64,000 nucleotides of DNA from Veillonella parvula. Lineage in GTDB: Bacteria > Bacillota > Negativicutes > Veillonellales > Veillonellaceae. The translations under genes and the position numbers were made by a program. The stretch is taken from contig NZ_JAWFXN010000002.1 of NCBI RefSeq assembly GCF_032575955.1, positions 159,458 through 223,457 of the forward strand, written 5' to 3'. The notes under the pieces are model-generated. The model was not told where the DNA came from and searched no databases. It saw only the letters and a program-made list of their open reading frames with translations. Positions 8,702 to 17,764 of the stretch are shown piece after piece (position 1 is the first letter of the stretch; every line of letters begins with the position of its first letter).

Positions 8702-9106
8702 ATGTCTGCTACAGAGCGTGTTGTACAGTCGGTTTTATATGAGCTGGGCTGTGTTTTGATTGGCTGTTTGGTGATGCAGTTTGTTCCGCATGAGGGGCAG
8801 CCTTTGGTCTTGATGTTTATTTTTTCCTTGTTGGCGATGGTTTGGAATTTTGTGTTTAACTGGATATTTGATAAACTAGTACCAGGTGACCGGTTAGCGC
8901 GAGGGCCTGTAATCCGCACAATTCATGCAGTGTTGTTTGAAGGTTTGTTTATGCTTGCCACAGTGCCTATTATTATGTACATGATGCATATGAGTTTTTG
9001 GATGGCCTTTGCTACAGATATAACGATGACATTAGTCATATTAGGTTATACTTATATTTATAATTGGGTATATGATCGAGCACGTCTATATTTTGTAGAG
9101 GCTTAA
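8702..9106 (+). CDS. PACE-family (AceI-like, bacterial transmembrane pair) efflux transporter
   Basis: 134 aa with 4 TM helices. There are two tandem BTP repeats, each with the R-x(6-7)-[YF]E signature (RVVQSVLYE and RTIHAVLFE). The GGAGG SD is present. Confidence 0.7.
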   Translation: MSATERVVQSVLYELGCVLIGCLVMQFVPHEGQPLVLMFIFSLLAMVWNFVFNWIFDKLVPGDRLARGPVIRTIHAVLFEGLFMLATVPIIMYMMHMSFWMAFATDITMTLVILGYTYIYNWVYDRARLYFVEA

Positions 9107-9164
9107 TTTTAAATGTGAGGTAGGTACCTCTTGTAAAATCTATATCGTATAGTAGGAGGTTCTT

Positions 9165-9668
9165 ATGTCTACAAAATCTATTACGGGCACAGGTCTCTTG
9201 TTGGCCGTAGCCTTATTGGCGCAAAGCTTGCGCCTCATTTTCCCCTTTATTCCTAATCAGGTGAGCATGTTCCTCATCGGTTCCATTACGTCCGCAACCT
9301 TTGTACTTGCCACATGGCGCTATGGATGGAAGAATGGTCTTGTTATTGCTTGGATTGCACCAGTAGTGGCGCATTTACAAGGCATGTTGCCATTGCCGCC
9401 GTTCATTTTGATTACGGCCCTAGGAACGACAGCGTATGTATTCGTAGCCCACTGGTTACAACATAAACCAAAAGCATTGCTTATCATTGTGGCGGCTTTG
9501 GTAAAAGCCGGCGTACTCTTTGGAGGGTACTCCTTGTTCTTCTCCTTGTTCCAATTTCCACCAAAGATTGTAAATACCATGCTTTTTGTAGCTAGTTGGC
9601 CGCAATTGGTAACTTCGTCATTAGGGATTATTTTGGCATTACTTATTACTAAACGCACTAAAAATTAG
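9165..9668 (+). CDS. Small polytopic membrane protein, possibly an ECF-type substrate-capture (S) component. The substrate is unknown.
   Basis: 167 aa with 5-6 hydrophobic helices and an AGGAGG SD. I recognise no diagnostic motif. Confidence 0.5.
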   Translation: MSTKSITGTGLLLAVALLAQSLRLIFPFIPNQVSMFLIGSITSATFVLATWRYGWKNGLVIAWIAPVVAHLQGMLPLPPFILITALGTTAYVFVAHWLQHKPKALLIIVAALVKAGVLFGGYSLFFSLFQFPPKIVNTMLFVASWPQLVTSSLGIILALLITKRTKN

Positions 9669-9723
9669 GTCAACTTAACTTAGAGTTATGACAACCCATT
9701 CAAAATAGATATGTCTTTTTAGA

Positions 9724-9754
9724 GGCACTCAGGATGTATGAGTGCCCATTTTTG
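9724..9754 (+). terminator. Intrinsic terminator
   Basis: GGCACTCA-N7-TGAGTGCC followed by CATTTTT. Confidence 0.7.
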
Positions 9755-9784
9755 TTGACCTTAATCATTGTCTACTCTTATAAT
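9755..9784 (+). promoter_or_regulatory. Candidate sigma-70 promoter of the metC-patB-metA operon
   Basis: TTGACC, an 18-nt spacer, then TATAAT. The leader to the SD is only about 25 nt. Confidence 0.45.
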
Positions 9785-9820
9785 TAACATATTGTATACA
9801 AATATGAGGAGTTGATTGGA

Positions 9821-10954
9821 ATGAAGTTTAATACAAAATGCGTTCATGGCAGTGGTAAACCGGATGATACCGGTGCGATTTCCCCTGCAATCTATATGTC
9901 TAGTACGTTCTCTCATCCAAAGTTGGGTGATACAACAGGTTACCAATATTCACGTGAGTCTAATCCGACGCGTGACCGCTTAGAACAATTGATGGCAGGC
10001 CTTGAAGAGGGGATAGATGCGTTGGCATTCTCTTCTGGTATGGCTGCGGTGGATGCAGTATTCCATTTATTTTCTCCAGGAGACCACATCATCTTAGGTG
10101 ATGACTTGTATGGTGGCTCTATCCGTATGTTCACAAATATTTACGAACAAAACGGCATTGAGTTTACTTATGTAGGTACCTCTGATCTTGATGCGGTGAA
10201 AGCGGCTTTTAAACCGAATACAAAGGCTGTATATATTGAAACTCCTACAAATCCTATGATGGAGATTACCGATATTCGTGCACTCTGTGCATTGGCGCAT
10301 GCACGTAATGCGCTAGTAATCATCGACAATACTTTCCTAAGTCCATATTTCCAAAAGCCATTGACTTTGGGTGCTGATATTGTCGTTCATAGTGGTACCA
10401 AATTCATTGGTGGTCATCACGATGTAATTTCTGGTTTTACTATTGTAAAAGACGAAGAAATCGCCGCAAAATTGCGTTTAACGTACAAAACCGTAGGTGC
10501 ATGTTTATCTGCTATGGATAGCTGGCTCGTTATTCGCGGCGTAAAAACATTGGCTCTACGCATGGAGCAACATCAAAAGAATGCCATTGCTCTTGCCGAA
10601 TGGCTAAAAAAACAACCAAAAGTAACTAAAGTTTTGTTCCCAGGCCTTCCTGAACATCCAGGTTATGAAATCAATAGAGCCCAAACAACAGGCTTTGGCG
10701 GCATGTTATCCTTCGAAGTAGATAACGAAGAAACGGCTAAACAAGTATTAGAAGGTATTGAGCTTATTCAATTCGCTGAAAGCCTTGGTGGTACAGAATC
10801 CTTGTTGACGTATCCTGTGACGCAAACACATCCTGACTTGAAACCTGAAGATGCAGAACGCAAAGGTATTACACGTCGTTTGTTACGTTTATCTGTAGGT
10901 ATTGAAGATACAGAAGACTTGATTGCGGACTTGGAACAGGCTTTTAACAAATAA
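9821..10954 (+). CDS. Cys/Met-metabolism PLP enzyme (cystathionine beta-lyase / gamma-synthase family)
   Basis: About 377 aa. It has family motifs including the SGTKFIGGH PLP-lysine region. The GAGGAG SD lies 9 nt before ATG 9821. Confidence 0.85.
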   Translation: MKFNTKCVHGSGKPDDTGAISPAIYMSSTFSHPKLGDTTGYQYSRESNPTRDRLEQLMAGLEEGIDALAFSSGMAAVDAVFHLFSPGDHIILGDDLYGGSIRMFTNIYEQNGIEFTYVGTSDLDAVKAAFKPNTKAVYIETPTNPMMEITDIRALCALAHARNALVIIDNTFLSPYFQKPLTLGADIVVHSGTKFIGGHHDVISGFTIVKDEEIAAKLRLTYKTVGACLSAMDSWLVIRGVKTLALRMEQHQKNAIALAEWLKKQPKVTKVLFPGLPEHPGYEINRAQTTGFGGMLSFEVDNEETAKQVLEGIELIQFAESLGGTESLLTYPVTQTHPDLKPEDAERKGITRRLLRLSVGIEDTEDLIADLEQAFNK

Positions 10955-10964
10955 AGGAGTTCCT

Positions 10965-12149
10965 ATGGGACAATATAATTTTGATCAAATATTAGATAGA
11001 ACTCATACAAAATCATTGAAATACGACTTTGCTGTAAAGCGCGGTAAACCTGCGGATGTGTTGCCATTCTGGGTAGCGGATATGGATTTTGAAATTCCCC
11101 CTGAGTTAAAACAAATCTTATTGGATCGTGTTAAGCATGGTGTTTTCGGCTATACAGAGTCTGACGATGAATACTTTGAAGTGTTGAAGAATTGGTTTGC
11201 TACGCGTTTTAACTGGACGCCAGAACAAAAATGGCTTGTTAAAACGCCTGGTATCGTATTTGCTTTAGCGATGGCGGTTCGTGCTTTTACCGAGGTTGGC
11301 GAAGGGGTGCTCATTAATCAACCTGTGTATTACCCATTTAGTATGGTTATTGACGATAACGATCGTCGTCTTATCAATGTGCCGCTCATCAAAGGCGACG
11401 AAAAATACACTATCGACTTTGAAGGCATCGAGCGTGCAATTATTGAGGAGAATATAACATTATTCCTCTTGTGTAATCCGCACAATCCAGTAGGGCGCGT
11501 GTGGACTGAGGACGAGTTGAAACGCCTCGGCGACATTTGTATTAAACACAATGTGCTCATCGTGAGCGACGAAATCCATGCTGACTTTGTTTGGGAAGGG
11601 CATACGCACAAGGTCTTTGCCGACCTTGGTGAAAGCTATGCAGAACACTGCGTTGTATGTACAGCGCCTAGCAAGACTTTTAACATTGCAGGCTTACAAG
11701 TAAGTAATATCTTTATTCCAAATGACTCCTTACGTCGTCGTTTTATAAAAGAAATTGACCGTGCTGGTTATAGCCAATTGAACACGATGGGGATTGTGGG
11801 CTGTGAAGGAGCCTACAAAGTCGGGGCTCCTTGGCTTGATGAATTGAAAGAATATATTCAAGACAATATTCAATTCACCATCGACTATGTAGCAAAATAT
11901 ATGCCAAAGATTCATGCATATCGTCCTGAAGGGACCTATCTCATGTGGCTGGACTGCTCTCAATTGCCGCTTAGCCCTAAAGAGCGAGATGAATGGATCA
12001 TCAATGATGCTAAGCTATGGCTCGATACGGGTTCTATGTTTGGTGTCGATGGGGAAGACTTTGAACGTATTAATGTCGCTTGCCCTCGTAAGGTATTAGA
12101 AGAAGGGCTCGAAGCTTGGAGACGTGCTTACGAGGCTAAAGGCTTTTAA
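10965..12149 (+). CDS. patB: MalY/PatB-type class I/II aminotransferase with cystathionine beta-lyase activity
   Basis: 394 aa. The N-terminus NFDQILDRTHTKSLKYDF and the SKTFNIAG PLP-lysine motif are typical of MalY/PatB. The AAGGAG SD is present. Confidence 0.85.
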   Translation: MGQYNFDQILDRTHTKSLKYDFAVKRGKPADVLPFWVADMDFEIPPELKQILLDRVKHGVFGYTESDDEYFEVLKNWFATRFNWTPEQKWLVKTPGIVFALAMAVRAFTEVGEGVLINQPVYYPFSMVIDDNDRRLINVPLIKGDEKYTIDFEGIERAIIEENITLFLLCNPHNPVGRVWTEDELKRLGDICIKHNVLIVSDEIHADFVWEGHTHKVFADLGESYAEHCVVCTAPSKTFNIAGLQVSNIFIPNDSLRRRFIKEIDRAGYSQLNTMGIVGCEGAYKVGAPWLDELKEYIQDNIQFTIDYVAKYMPKIHAYRPEGTYLMWLDCSQLPLSPKERDEWIINDAKLWLDTGSMFGVDGEDFERINVACPRKVLEEGLEAWRRAYEAKGF

Positions 12150-12210
12150 TTAGCTTATTTAAATTGTTTAGATTAGGTTATCAAATTGTAGAATATGTAG
12201 AGGTGACACT

Positions 12211-13170
12211 ATGCCTATTAAAGTAATAAAAAATTTACCGGCCATAACGAAATTAGCTCAAGAGAATATTTTCGTTATGGATACTGAACGGGCGGAAAAT
12301 CAACAAATCCGACCCTTGCAAATTTTGCTTGTCAATTTGATGCCTACTAAAGAAGTGACGGAAACTCAGATTTTACGTGCTCTTAGTAATAGCCCATTGC
12401 AAGTTAATTTGACTCTTTTGCATACCGCATCTCGTAAGGCTAAAAATACAGATGAACAATATTTAGAAACCTTCTACCGCACCTTTGATGAAGTAAAAGA
12501 CCAGTTCTTTGACGGCATGATTATTACCGGTGCTCCTGTAGAGTTAATGCCTTTTGAAGAGGTAGACTATTGGTCTGAACTCGTAGAAATCATGAACTGG
12601 GGCGAAGAGCATGTTTACTCTACGTTTTATATCTGTTGGGGTGCTCAAGCTGGCTTATATCATCACTTTGGCATTAATAAATCGATTATGGATGAGAAAT
12701 TATTTGGTGTTTACGAACACGATATTTATAATGATCGACCAGTGCTCATGCGTGGATTTGATGAAAAGTTTTGGATGCCACACTCACGGCACACCACAGT
12801 TTCGTTGCAACAAATTAAGGAAAATCGTGACTTGGAACTCTTGGCTGGGTCTGAACCAACAGGAGCCGCTATCGTTCGTAGTTTAGATAATAAACATATC
12901 TTTGTATTTGGTCATGCCGAATACGATTGGGATACACTTAACCGTGAGTACGTGCGGGATATCAAAAAAGGTATGGATATTGCGGTTCCTGAAAACTACT
13001 TCCCAGATAATGATCCGAAACAACGTCCAATCGTGCGCTGGCGCTCTGTAAGTACACTTTTATTTACAAACTGGTTAAACTACTATGTATACCAAGAAAC
13101 ACCGTACATCATTGAACAAATCCAAAAAATGAAATTTGAACGGGATAAAAATTTAGGCGCTTACATCTAA
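12211..13170 (+). CDS. metA: Homoserine O-acyltransferase (MetA family)
   Basis: 319 aa. The MPIKV...NLMP N-terminus and the ICWGAQA active-site Cys region are present. Confidence 0.9.
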   Translation: MPIKVIKNLPAITKLAQENIFVMDTERAENQQIRPLQILLVNLMPTKEVTETQILRALSNSPLQVNLTLLHTASRKAKNTDEQYLETFYRTFDEVKDQFFDGMIITGAPVELMPFEEVDYWSELVEIMNWGEEHVYSTFYICWGAQAGLYHHFGINKSIMDEKLFGVYEHDIYNDRPVLMRGFDEKFWMPHSRHTTVSLQQIKENRDLELLAGSEPTGAAIVRSLDNKHIFVFGHAEYDWDTLNREYVRDIKKGMDIAVPENYFPDNDPKQRPIVRWRSVSTLLFTNWLNYYVYQETPYIIEQIQKMKFERDKNLGAYI

Positions 13171-13210
13171 ACGTAAGTACTTATTTCTAATCTATTGTTA
13201 GTACTATGTA

Positions 13211-13276
13211 CCCCTAATTACTTCTAACATCTCTCAAGGGAGCTAGTTCTTTGCAAGTAATTAGGGGATTTTATTT
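13211..13276 (+). terminator. Intrinsic terminator after metA
   Basis: CCCCTAATTACTT-N31-AAGTAATTAGGGG followed by ATTTTATTT. Confidence 0.65.
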
Positions 13277-13459
13277 CTCATAAATGACTTAGTTCGCTTT
13301 AGCGGTTTTGGTAAAAGCTTTTATCCTCCTTTGTCCACCATAGTTTAAAGTTATGGAGAAAAGAATATAAAAAATAGTAGACATAACTTTTAAAGCATAG
13401 TAATATACTAGGCATAAAGAACGAACTTAAAATATAGTTAATATAAAGGAGTTATTATA

Positions 13460-14731
13460 ATGAGTAAACAATACAGATTTGAAACATTACAATTACACGC
13501 TGGTCATACGGTGGATCCAACAGGTTCTCGTGCAGTACCGATTTATCAAACTACATCTTTCGTATTTAAAGATGCTGAGGAAGCAGCGGGTCGTTTTGCA
13601 TTGACTAATCCTGGTGGTATTTACTCTCGCCTTGGTAATCCTACTACAGATGTGTTGGATGCTCGTGTTGCACAACTTGAAGGCGGTGCTGCTGGTATTG
13701 CAGTAGCATCTGGTTCTGCAGCGGTTACGTACTCTATTTTAAATGTAGCAGATGCTGGTGATAATATTGTTGCTGCATCCACATTGTATGGTGGTACTTA
13801 TAATTTGTTTACTGCTACATTGCCTCGTTTGGGGATTCAAACTAAATTCGTAAATCCGGATCATTTGGAAGAATTTGAAGCAGCTATCGATGAAAAGACT
13901 AAAGCCGTTTATATCGAATCTATTGGTAACCCTGGTATTAATCTTATCGATGTACAAGCCATAGCTGATATTGCACATAAACACAATATCATCTTGATTG
14001 TAGACAATACATTTGCATCTCCATACTTATTCCGTCCATTAGAACATGGTGCTGACGTAGTTGTACACTCTGCTACTAAATACCTTGGTGGTCACGGTAC
14101 AACATTGGCTGGCGTAGTTGTAGAATCTGGTAAATTCGACTATAAAGGTTCTGGTAAATACCCTGGCTTCTCCGAAGGTGACGAACACTACAATGGATTA
14201 GTATTTGGTGATTTGCCAATCCCATTCACTGTAAAAATTCGTGCTCAATTACTTCGCGATACTGGTGCATGCATTACACCGCTTGCATCTTGGCAAATCT
14301 TGCAAGGTATCGAAACATTGTCTTTGCGCGTAGAACGTCACGTTGAAAATACTCGTAAAGTAGTAGATCTCTTAAGCAAACATCCTAAGGTAGCATGGGT
14401 AAGCTATCCAGAATTAGAAGACAGCAAATACAAAGCATTAGCTGATAAATACTTCCCTAAAGGTGTTGGTGCTGTATTCACATTCGGCGTAAAAGGTGGT
14501 AAAGAAGCAGGTATTAAACTTGTTGACTCCTTGGAAATCTTCTCCAACCTTGCCAACGTAGCAGATGCTAAATCTCTTGTTATCCATCCTGCATCCACAA
14601 CACATGCACAACTTAACGAAGAACAACAAAAATCTGCTGGCGTAACACCAGACATGATTCGTTTGTCTATCGGTCTTGAAAATGTAGATGACATCATCGA
14701 AGACTTAGCACAAGCTTTAGATAAAGCTTAA
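13460..14731 (+). CDS. metY: O-acetylhomoserine aminocarboxypropyltransferase (sulfhydrylase)
   Basis: 423 aa. [10 protein letters not shown], the [14 protein letters not shown]-lysine motif and an AAGGAG SD are present. Confidence 0.9.
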   Translation: MSKQYRFETLQLHAGHTVDPTGSRAVPIYQTTSFVFKDAEEAAGRFALTNPGGIYSRLGNPTTDVLDARVAQLEGGAAGIAVASGSAAVTYSILNVADAGDNIVAASTLYGGTYNLFTATLPRLGIQTKFVNPDHLEEFEAAIDEKTKAVYIESIGNPGINLIDVQAIADIAHKHNIILIVDNTFASPYLFRPLEHGADVVVHSATKYLGGHGTTLAGVVVESGKFDYKGSGKYPGFSEGDEHYNGLVFGDLPIPFTVKIRAQLLRDTGACITPLASWQILQGIETLSLRVERHVENTRKVVDLLSKHPKVAWVSYPELEDSKYKALADKYFPKGVGAVFTFGVKGGKEAGIKLVDSLEIFSNLANVADAKSLVIHPASTTHAQLNEEQQKSAGVTPDMIRLSIGLENVDDIIEDLAQALDKA

Positions 14732-14853
14732 TCTTTCACACCTTTAGTTTGAAAACTATAGATCAAACTTTCAGAACTTACAAATGACATCCTTAAGCTG
14801 AACTTTGCTTAAGAAATAGAACACATAACTATCAAACCTATAAAACTTATACA

Positions 14854-14881
14854 AAAGACCTCCCGTTGGGAGGTCTTTTTG
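14854..14881. terminator. Intrinsic terminator after metY
   Basis: AAAGACCTCCC-gtt-GGGAGGTCTTTTT. Confidence 0.8.
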
Positions 14882-14948
14882 TAAGTATGTGCTAATTTTA
14901 TAAGAATAAAAAGTTGTATAGGTGTAATACAACCTTGATAGAATGGAT

Positions 14949-14988
14949 ATATAAAAAGACCTTGGATTCAATGATCCAAGGTCTTTAA
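14949..14988 (-). terminator. Intrinsic terminator ending the PepSY transcript and its long 3' region
   Basis: On the minus strand, AAAGACCTTGGAT-N6-ATCCAAGGTCTTT is followed by TTTTTATA. Confidence 0.65.
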
Positions 14989-14994
14989 GGGAGT

Positions 14995-15175
14995 ATAGTG
15001 TGTGTAACGTTTGGTCTGTGGTGTGTGAGCACAGACCGTTTTCCTATTGTGTGAGATAGGATTTTAGGGAACCCGTGGTTAGTGTTACGGGCTCTCTGAG
15101 AGTGTGTTAGAGAGTGTATCCAAAGGATACAGTGTGTATAGTATGTGTGTTATATGTGTAGTGTGTCATCTAAGT
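14995..15175. other. GT-rich (CA-rich on the minus strand) run of five consecutive short hairpins. It is a candidate structured RNA or 3' UTR.
   Basis: The hairpins are at 15012-15036 (8 bp), 15042-15061 (6 bp), 15072-15091 (5 bp), 15092-15114 (6 bp) and 15116-15130 (6 bp). GTGTG motifs occur in the loops or spacers. The region lies between the PepSY stop (15213) and the minus-strand terminator (14949-14988). Confidence 0.35.
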
Positions 15176-15212
15176 GGGTTAGGATAGGGTTTCACTTGAT
15201 GAAAGAAAAATC

Positions 15213-15800
15213 TTAGTATTTTGTGTTTTTAACTTTAGCGCTAATAACTTTACCGGATGTAGCGTCTACTTTTACTTCAGCATTTTTACCGCCGCCAGTT
15301 GTCATATCGAATTCATATACAACTCTGCCGTTTTCACGTTCAACAGTCCAATCCATAGTTTGGAAATCAGAACCAACTTTTTCCATAGCTTTTGTTTCAG
15401 CTACTTCAGGAATGATGATGTTTTGAACGTTAATTGTTTTAGAAGCTTTGGAGTAACCTTTTACTTCTTTACCAACGATTTGACCAGATGCTTCGTCTAC
15501 TTTAATTTCTACTTCACGGTTGCCATAATAACCTTCTACTTCATAGTAAGGATTGTGTTTTGCGTCATAGGAAATAGATTTTACAGTAGCGCCAGGGAAT
15601 TGTTGTTGGAATACTGTAATAGCGCCCATATAATCAACAGAATAGTTAGCTTGTGCGGATGGAACAACGCTACCAACACCATTCCAGTTGCTATGGTTGT
15701 TGTAACCATGGTTGCTAGCTGCACCAACTACACCTGCTAATAATACTGTACTAACGCCAAATGCACATAGTACTTTGGATACTTTCTTAACATTTTTCAT
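15213..15800 (-). CDS. Secreted protein with two PepSY domains
   Basis: It has a signal peptide (MKNVKKVSKVLCAFGVSTVLLAGVVGAASN). Two PepSY-like modules end in ...EVEIKVDEASGQIVGKEV and ...AEVKVDATSGKVISAKV. The AGGAGG SD lies 8 nt before ATG 15800. Confidence 0.8.
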   Translation of the reverse strand: MKNVKKVSKVLCAFGVSTVLLAGVVGAASNHGYNNHSNWNGVGSVVPSAQANYSVDYMGAITVFQQQFPGATVKSISYDAKHNPYYEVEGYYGNREVEIKVDEASGQIVGKEVKGYSKASKTINVQNIIIPEVAETKAMEKVGSDFQTMDWTVERENGRVVYEFDMTTGGGKNAEVKVDATSGKVISAKVKNTKY

Positions 15801-16067
15801 AAGCAATGCCTCCTGATACCAAATTATAATTTTCGTTTAGTTACGATTTTGTGAAAGTAGATTTTACTCAATCTACTTACGTATAATTTAATCTTGTTAT
15901 ATGAAAATAAGATGAAATTAAATGATTTTTGTATGAAGATGAGTATATCTTTTAGTTATTATGAACTATTGATAATAACTATTAGCTATAGTCAAAATTA
16001 AAAAGTACAAAAAACATAGTATATATAATATTAGACTATATAGTAAACTAAAAGTCAATCATTATAG

Positions 16068-16096
16068 TTGACAATTAAAAATACAAGTGCTTTAAT
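16068..16096 (+). promoter_or_regulatory. Candidate sigma-70 promoter of bioY
   Basis: TTGACA, a 17-nt spacer, then TTTAAT. The -35 overlaps an inverted repeat GTCAA-N9-TTGAC. Confidence 0.4.
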
Positions 16097-16194
16097 TTAG
16101 ATAGTTAGTAGTTTGTTTTCGTGTTATCTTGGATTTTTATTCTCCATTGATAGCACAAACTCCTGCTTAGGTCTGTTATGAATGGAGGTATACC

Positions 16195-16761
16195 ATGAGC
16201 TCTACTGTATCAAAACAAACTCACATTACCACCCGTCAGTTAACGATGACAGCACTTTTTGTTGCGCTAATCGCCGTTGGTGCTTTCATACGGGTCCCAT
16301 TACCGAATTGTCCGTTTACATTGCAAATCTTATTTACTACATTAGCGGGCATGGTTTTAGGTAGTCGTTTAGGTGCCGCTAGTGTTGGCATTTATATTAT
16401 ATTAGGTCTTGTTGGGGTTCCTATTTTTACGTCCGGTGGTGGTCCTAGTTATATTTTGCAACCTACCTTTGGTTATTTAATTGGCTTTATGGTTGGTGCG
16501 TATGCAGTAGGACGCATTGCAGAGACAATGGATACATTATCGTTTAAACGTTTGCTAGCTGGATCCATATTAAATCTATTTATTGTATATGGTCTTGGCA
16601 TGGTGTACCTATACTTTATTATGAATCTGTATTTAGGTAAGCCTATTGGTGTCGAAGCTGTTATTATTACATGCTTCCTAATCCCCGTTGGTCCAGATAT
16701 TTTCTTGTGCGCTGTAGCAGCATCTCTTGGTAAGAGAATTATTAAAGAATTACAGCACTAA
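16195..16761 (+). CDS. bioY: Biotin transporter BioY (ECF S component)
   Basis: 188 aa. The BioY family pattern TALFVALIAVGAFIRVPLP...PFTLQ...GGPSYILQPTFGYLIGF is present. Confidence 0.85.
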   Translation: MSSTVSKQTHITTRQLTMTALFVALIAVGAFIRVPLPNCPFTLQILFTTLAGMVLGSRLGAASVGIYIILGLVGVPIFTSGGGPSYILQPTFGYLIGFMVGAYAVGRIAETMDTLSFKRLLAGSILNLFIVYGLGMVYLYFIMNLYLGKPIGVEAVIITCFLIPVGPDIFLCAVAASLGKRIIKELQH

Positions 16762-16904
16762 TAGAACGTTTTAATAATTATTATAATTATAATAACAAGA
16801 ATAAATATAATAACTATTATAAAGCATCAATCTTTTGTAGATTCATATAGACATTGAACTATGAAATATGCGTTATTATTTTATTCAACAGAATCATTCC
16901 TATT

Positions 16905-16932
16905 AAAAACGAGGCGTTAAGCCTCGTTTTTT
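16905..16932. terminator. Bidirectional intrinsic terminator
   Basis: AAAAACGAGGC-gttaa-GCCTCGTTTTTT between convergent genes. Confidence 0.8.
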
Positions 16933-16941
16933 ATGTAATTC

Positions 16942-17706
16942 TTAAGGGTATACATAGCCTAATATAGGTTCTGCAGATTTGATTTTTGTAATCTCTACAT
17001 ATGGTTGTTTACGACCGTGGAAGTCTCGGGTAGAAACCTTACCTTCAATCGATACCCATTGTTCATTTTGTAAGCTATCACCATCTGTTTTATAGGCTGT
17101 CATGCCAATAGGGGCAACGTCAGCAATACAACAAGCCATAGCCATACGAGAAATAGTAAATTCGTTAGGTTTTAATGTATTATCTTCGCGGTTTACATAG
17201 CCTGTCATATAAACTGTGTAGTCTTTATATTGATCAACATTAGATCCAACCTTTACAATGGTTTGATAGAAATTATCTGAGTTCAAAACGATTTCTTTTT
17301 TGTCCTTGGAAATCCCTGGCTCTTTACTTTCACTGTTAACGGTGACAACCTCTCCAATAGCATCGTTTGTAAAGTCGAAATTGTTAGTATCATCGTTTAC
17401 GCGAGCGGCACCATGAACGCCTGTTGATGGTACAAGAACGGGAGGAATGATGAGCAACATAATGGGAATAATAATCGGAACGATAGACTTCCAGTTATGC
17501 TTGTAGTATTTTGAAGGCGCCCAAATGATCGTCGCTAGACCTCCTAAAATAAGGGCAACGCCACTAATACCTAGTAAAAGTTCATAACGTGGTGCAATAT
17601 AGTTCAAATAACGACCTGTCACAATGAGGTAAATACAGCAGATACCTAAGGTGAGATACAATAGACCTTTCACGATAGAAAAGCGATCTTTCAGTCCTAA
17701 TGTCAT
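16942..17706 (-). CDS. TIGR03943/DUF1980-family membrane protein, the putative partner subunit of a COG0701 permease
   Basis: 254 aa. It has three N-terminal TM helices and a soluble C-terminal domain with the MACCIAD Cys-Cys-x-x-Asp motif typical of this family. The AAGGAGA SD is present. Confidence 0.75.
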   Translation of the reverse strand: MTLGLKDRFSIVKGLLYLTLGICCIYLIVTGRYLNYIAPRYELLLGISGVALILGGLATIIWAPSKYYKHNWKSIVPIIIPIMLLIIPPVLVPSTGVHGAARVNDDTNNFDFTNDAIGEVVTVNSESKEPGISKDKKEIVLNSDNFYQTIVKVGSNVDQYKDYTVYMTGYVNREDNTLKPNEFTISRMAMACCIADVAPIGMTAYKTDGDSLQNEQWVSIEGKVSTRDFHGRKQPYVEITKIKSAEPILGYVYP

Positions 17707-17764
17707 GAAATCATCTCCTTTTAATTAATTAAGAACTGAGATAATGATTATAAAAATTTGTAAA

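Noticed and set aside
8494-8919. A 141-aa minus-strand ORF.
   Set aside because: It runs through the tandem repeat and microsatellite region and antisense into the PACE transporter gene. The sequence is low-complexity (IILYYIILYYIY), so it is an artefact of AT-rich repeats.
13277-13459. I looked for a SAM riboswitch or T-box upstream of metY, and also upstream of the metC-like gene at 9669-9820.
   Set aside because: The conserved S-box segments, T-box sequence and specifier-loop architecture are not visible. The region is AT-rich with a plausible sigma-70 promoter (TAGACA-17-TAATAT) only.
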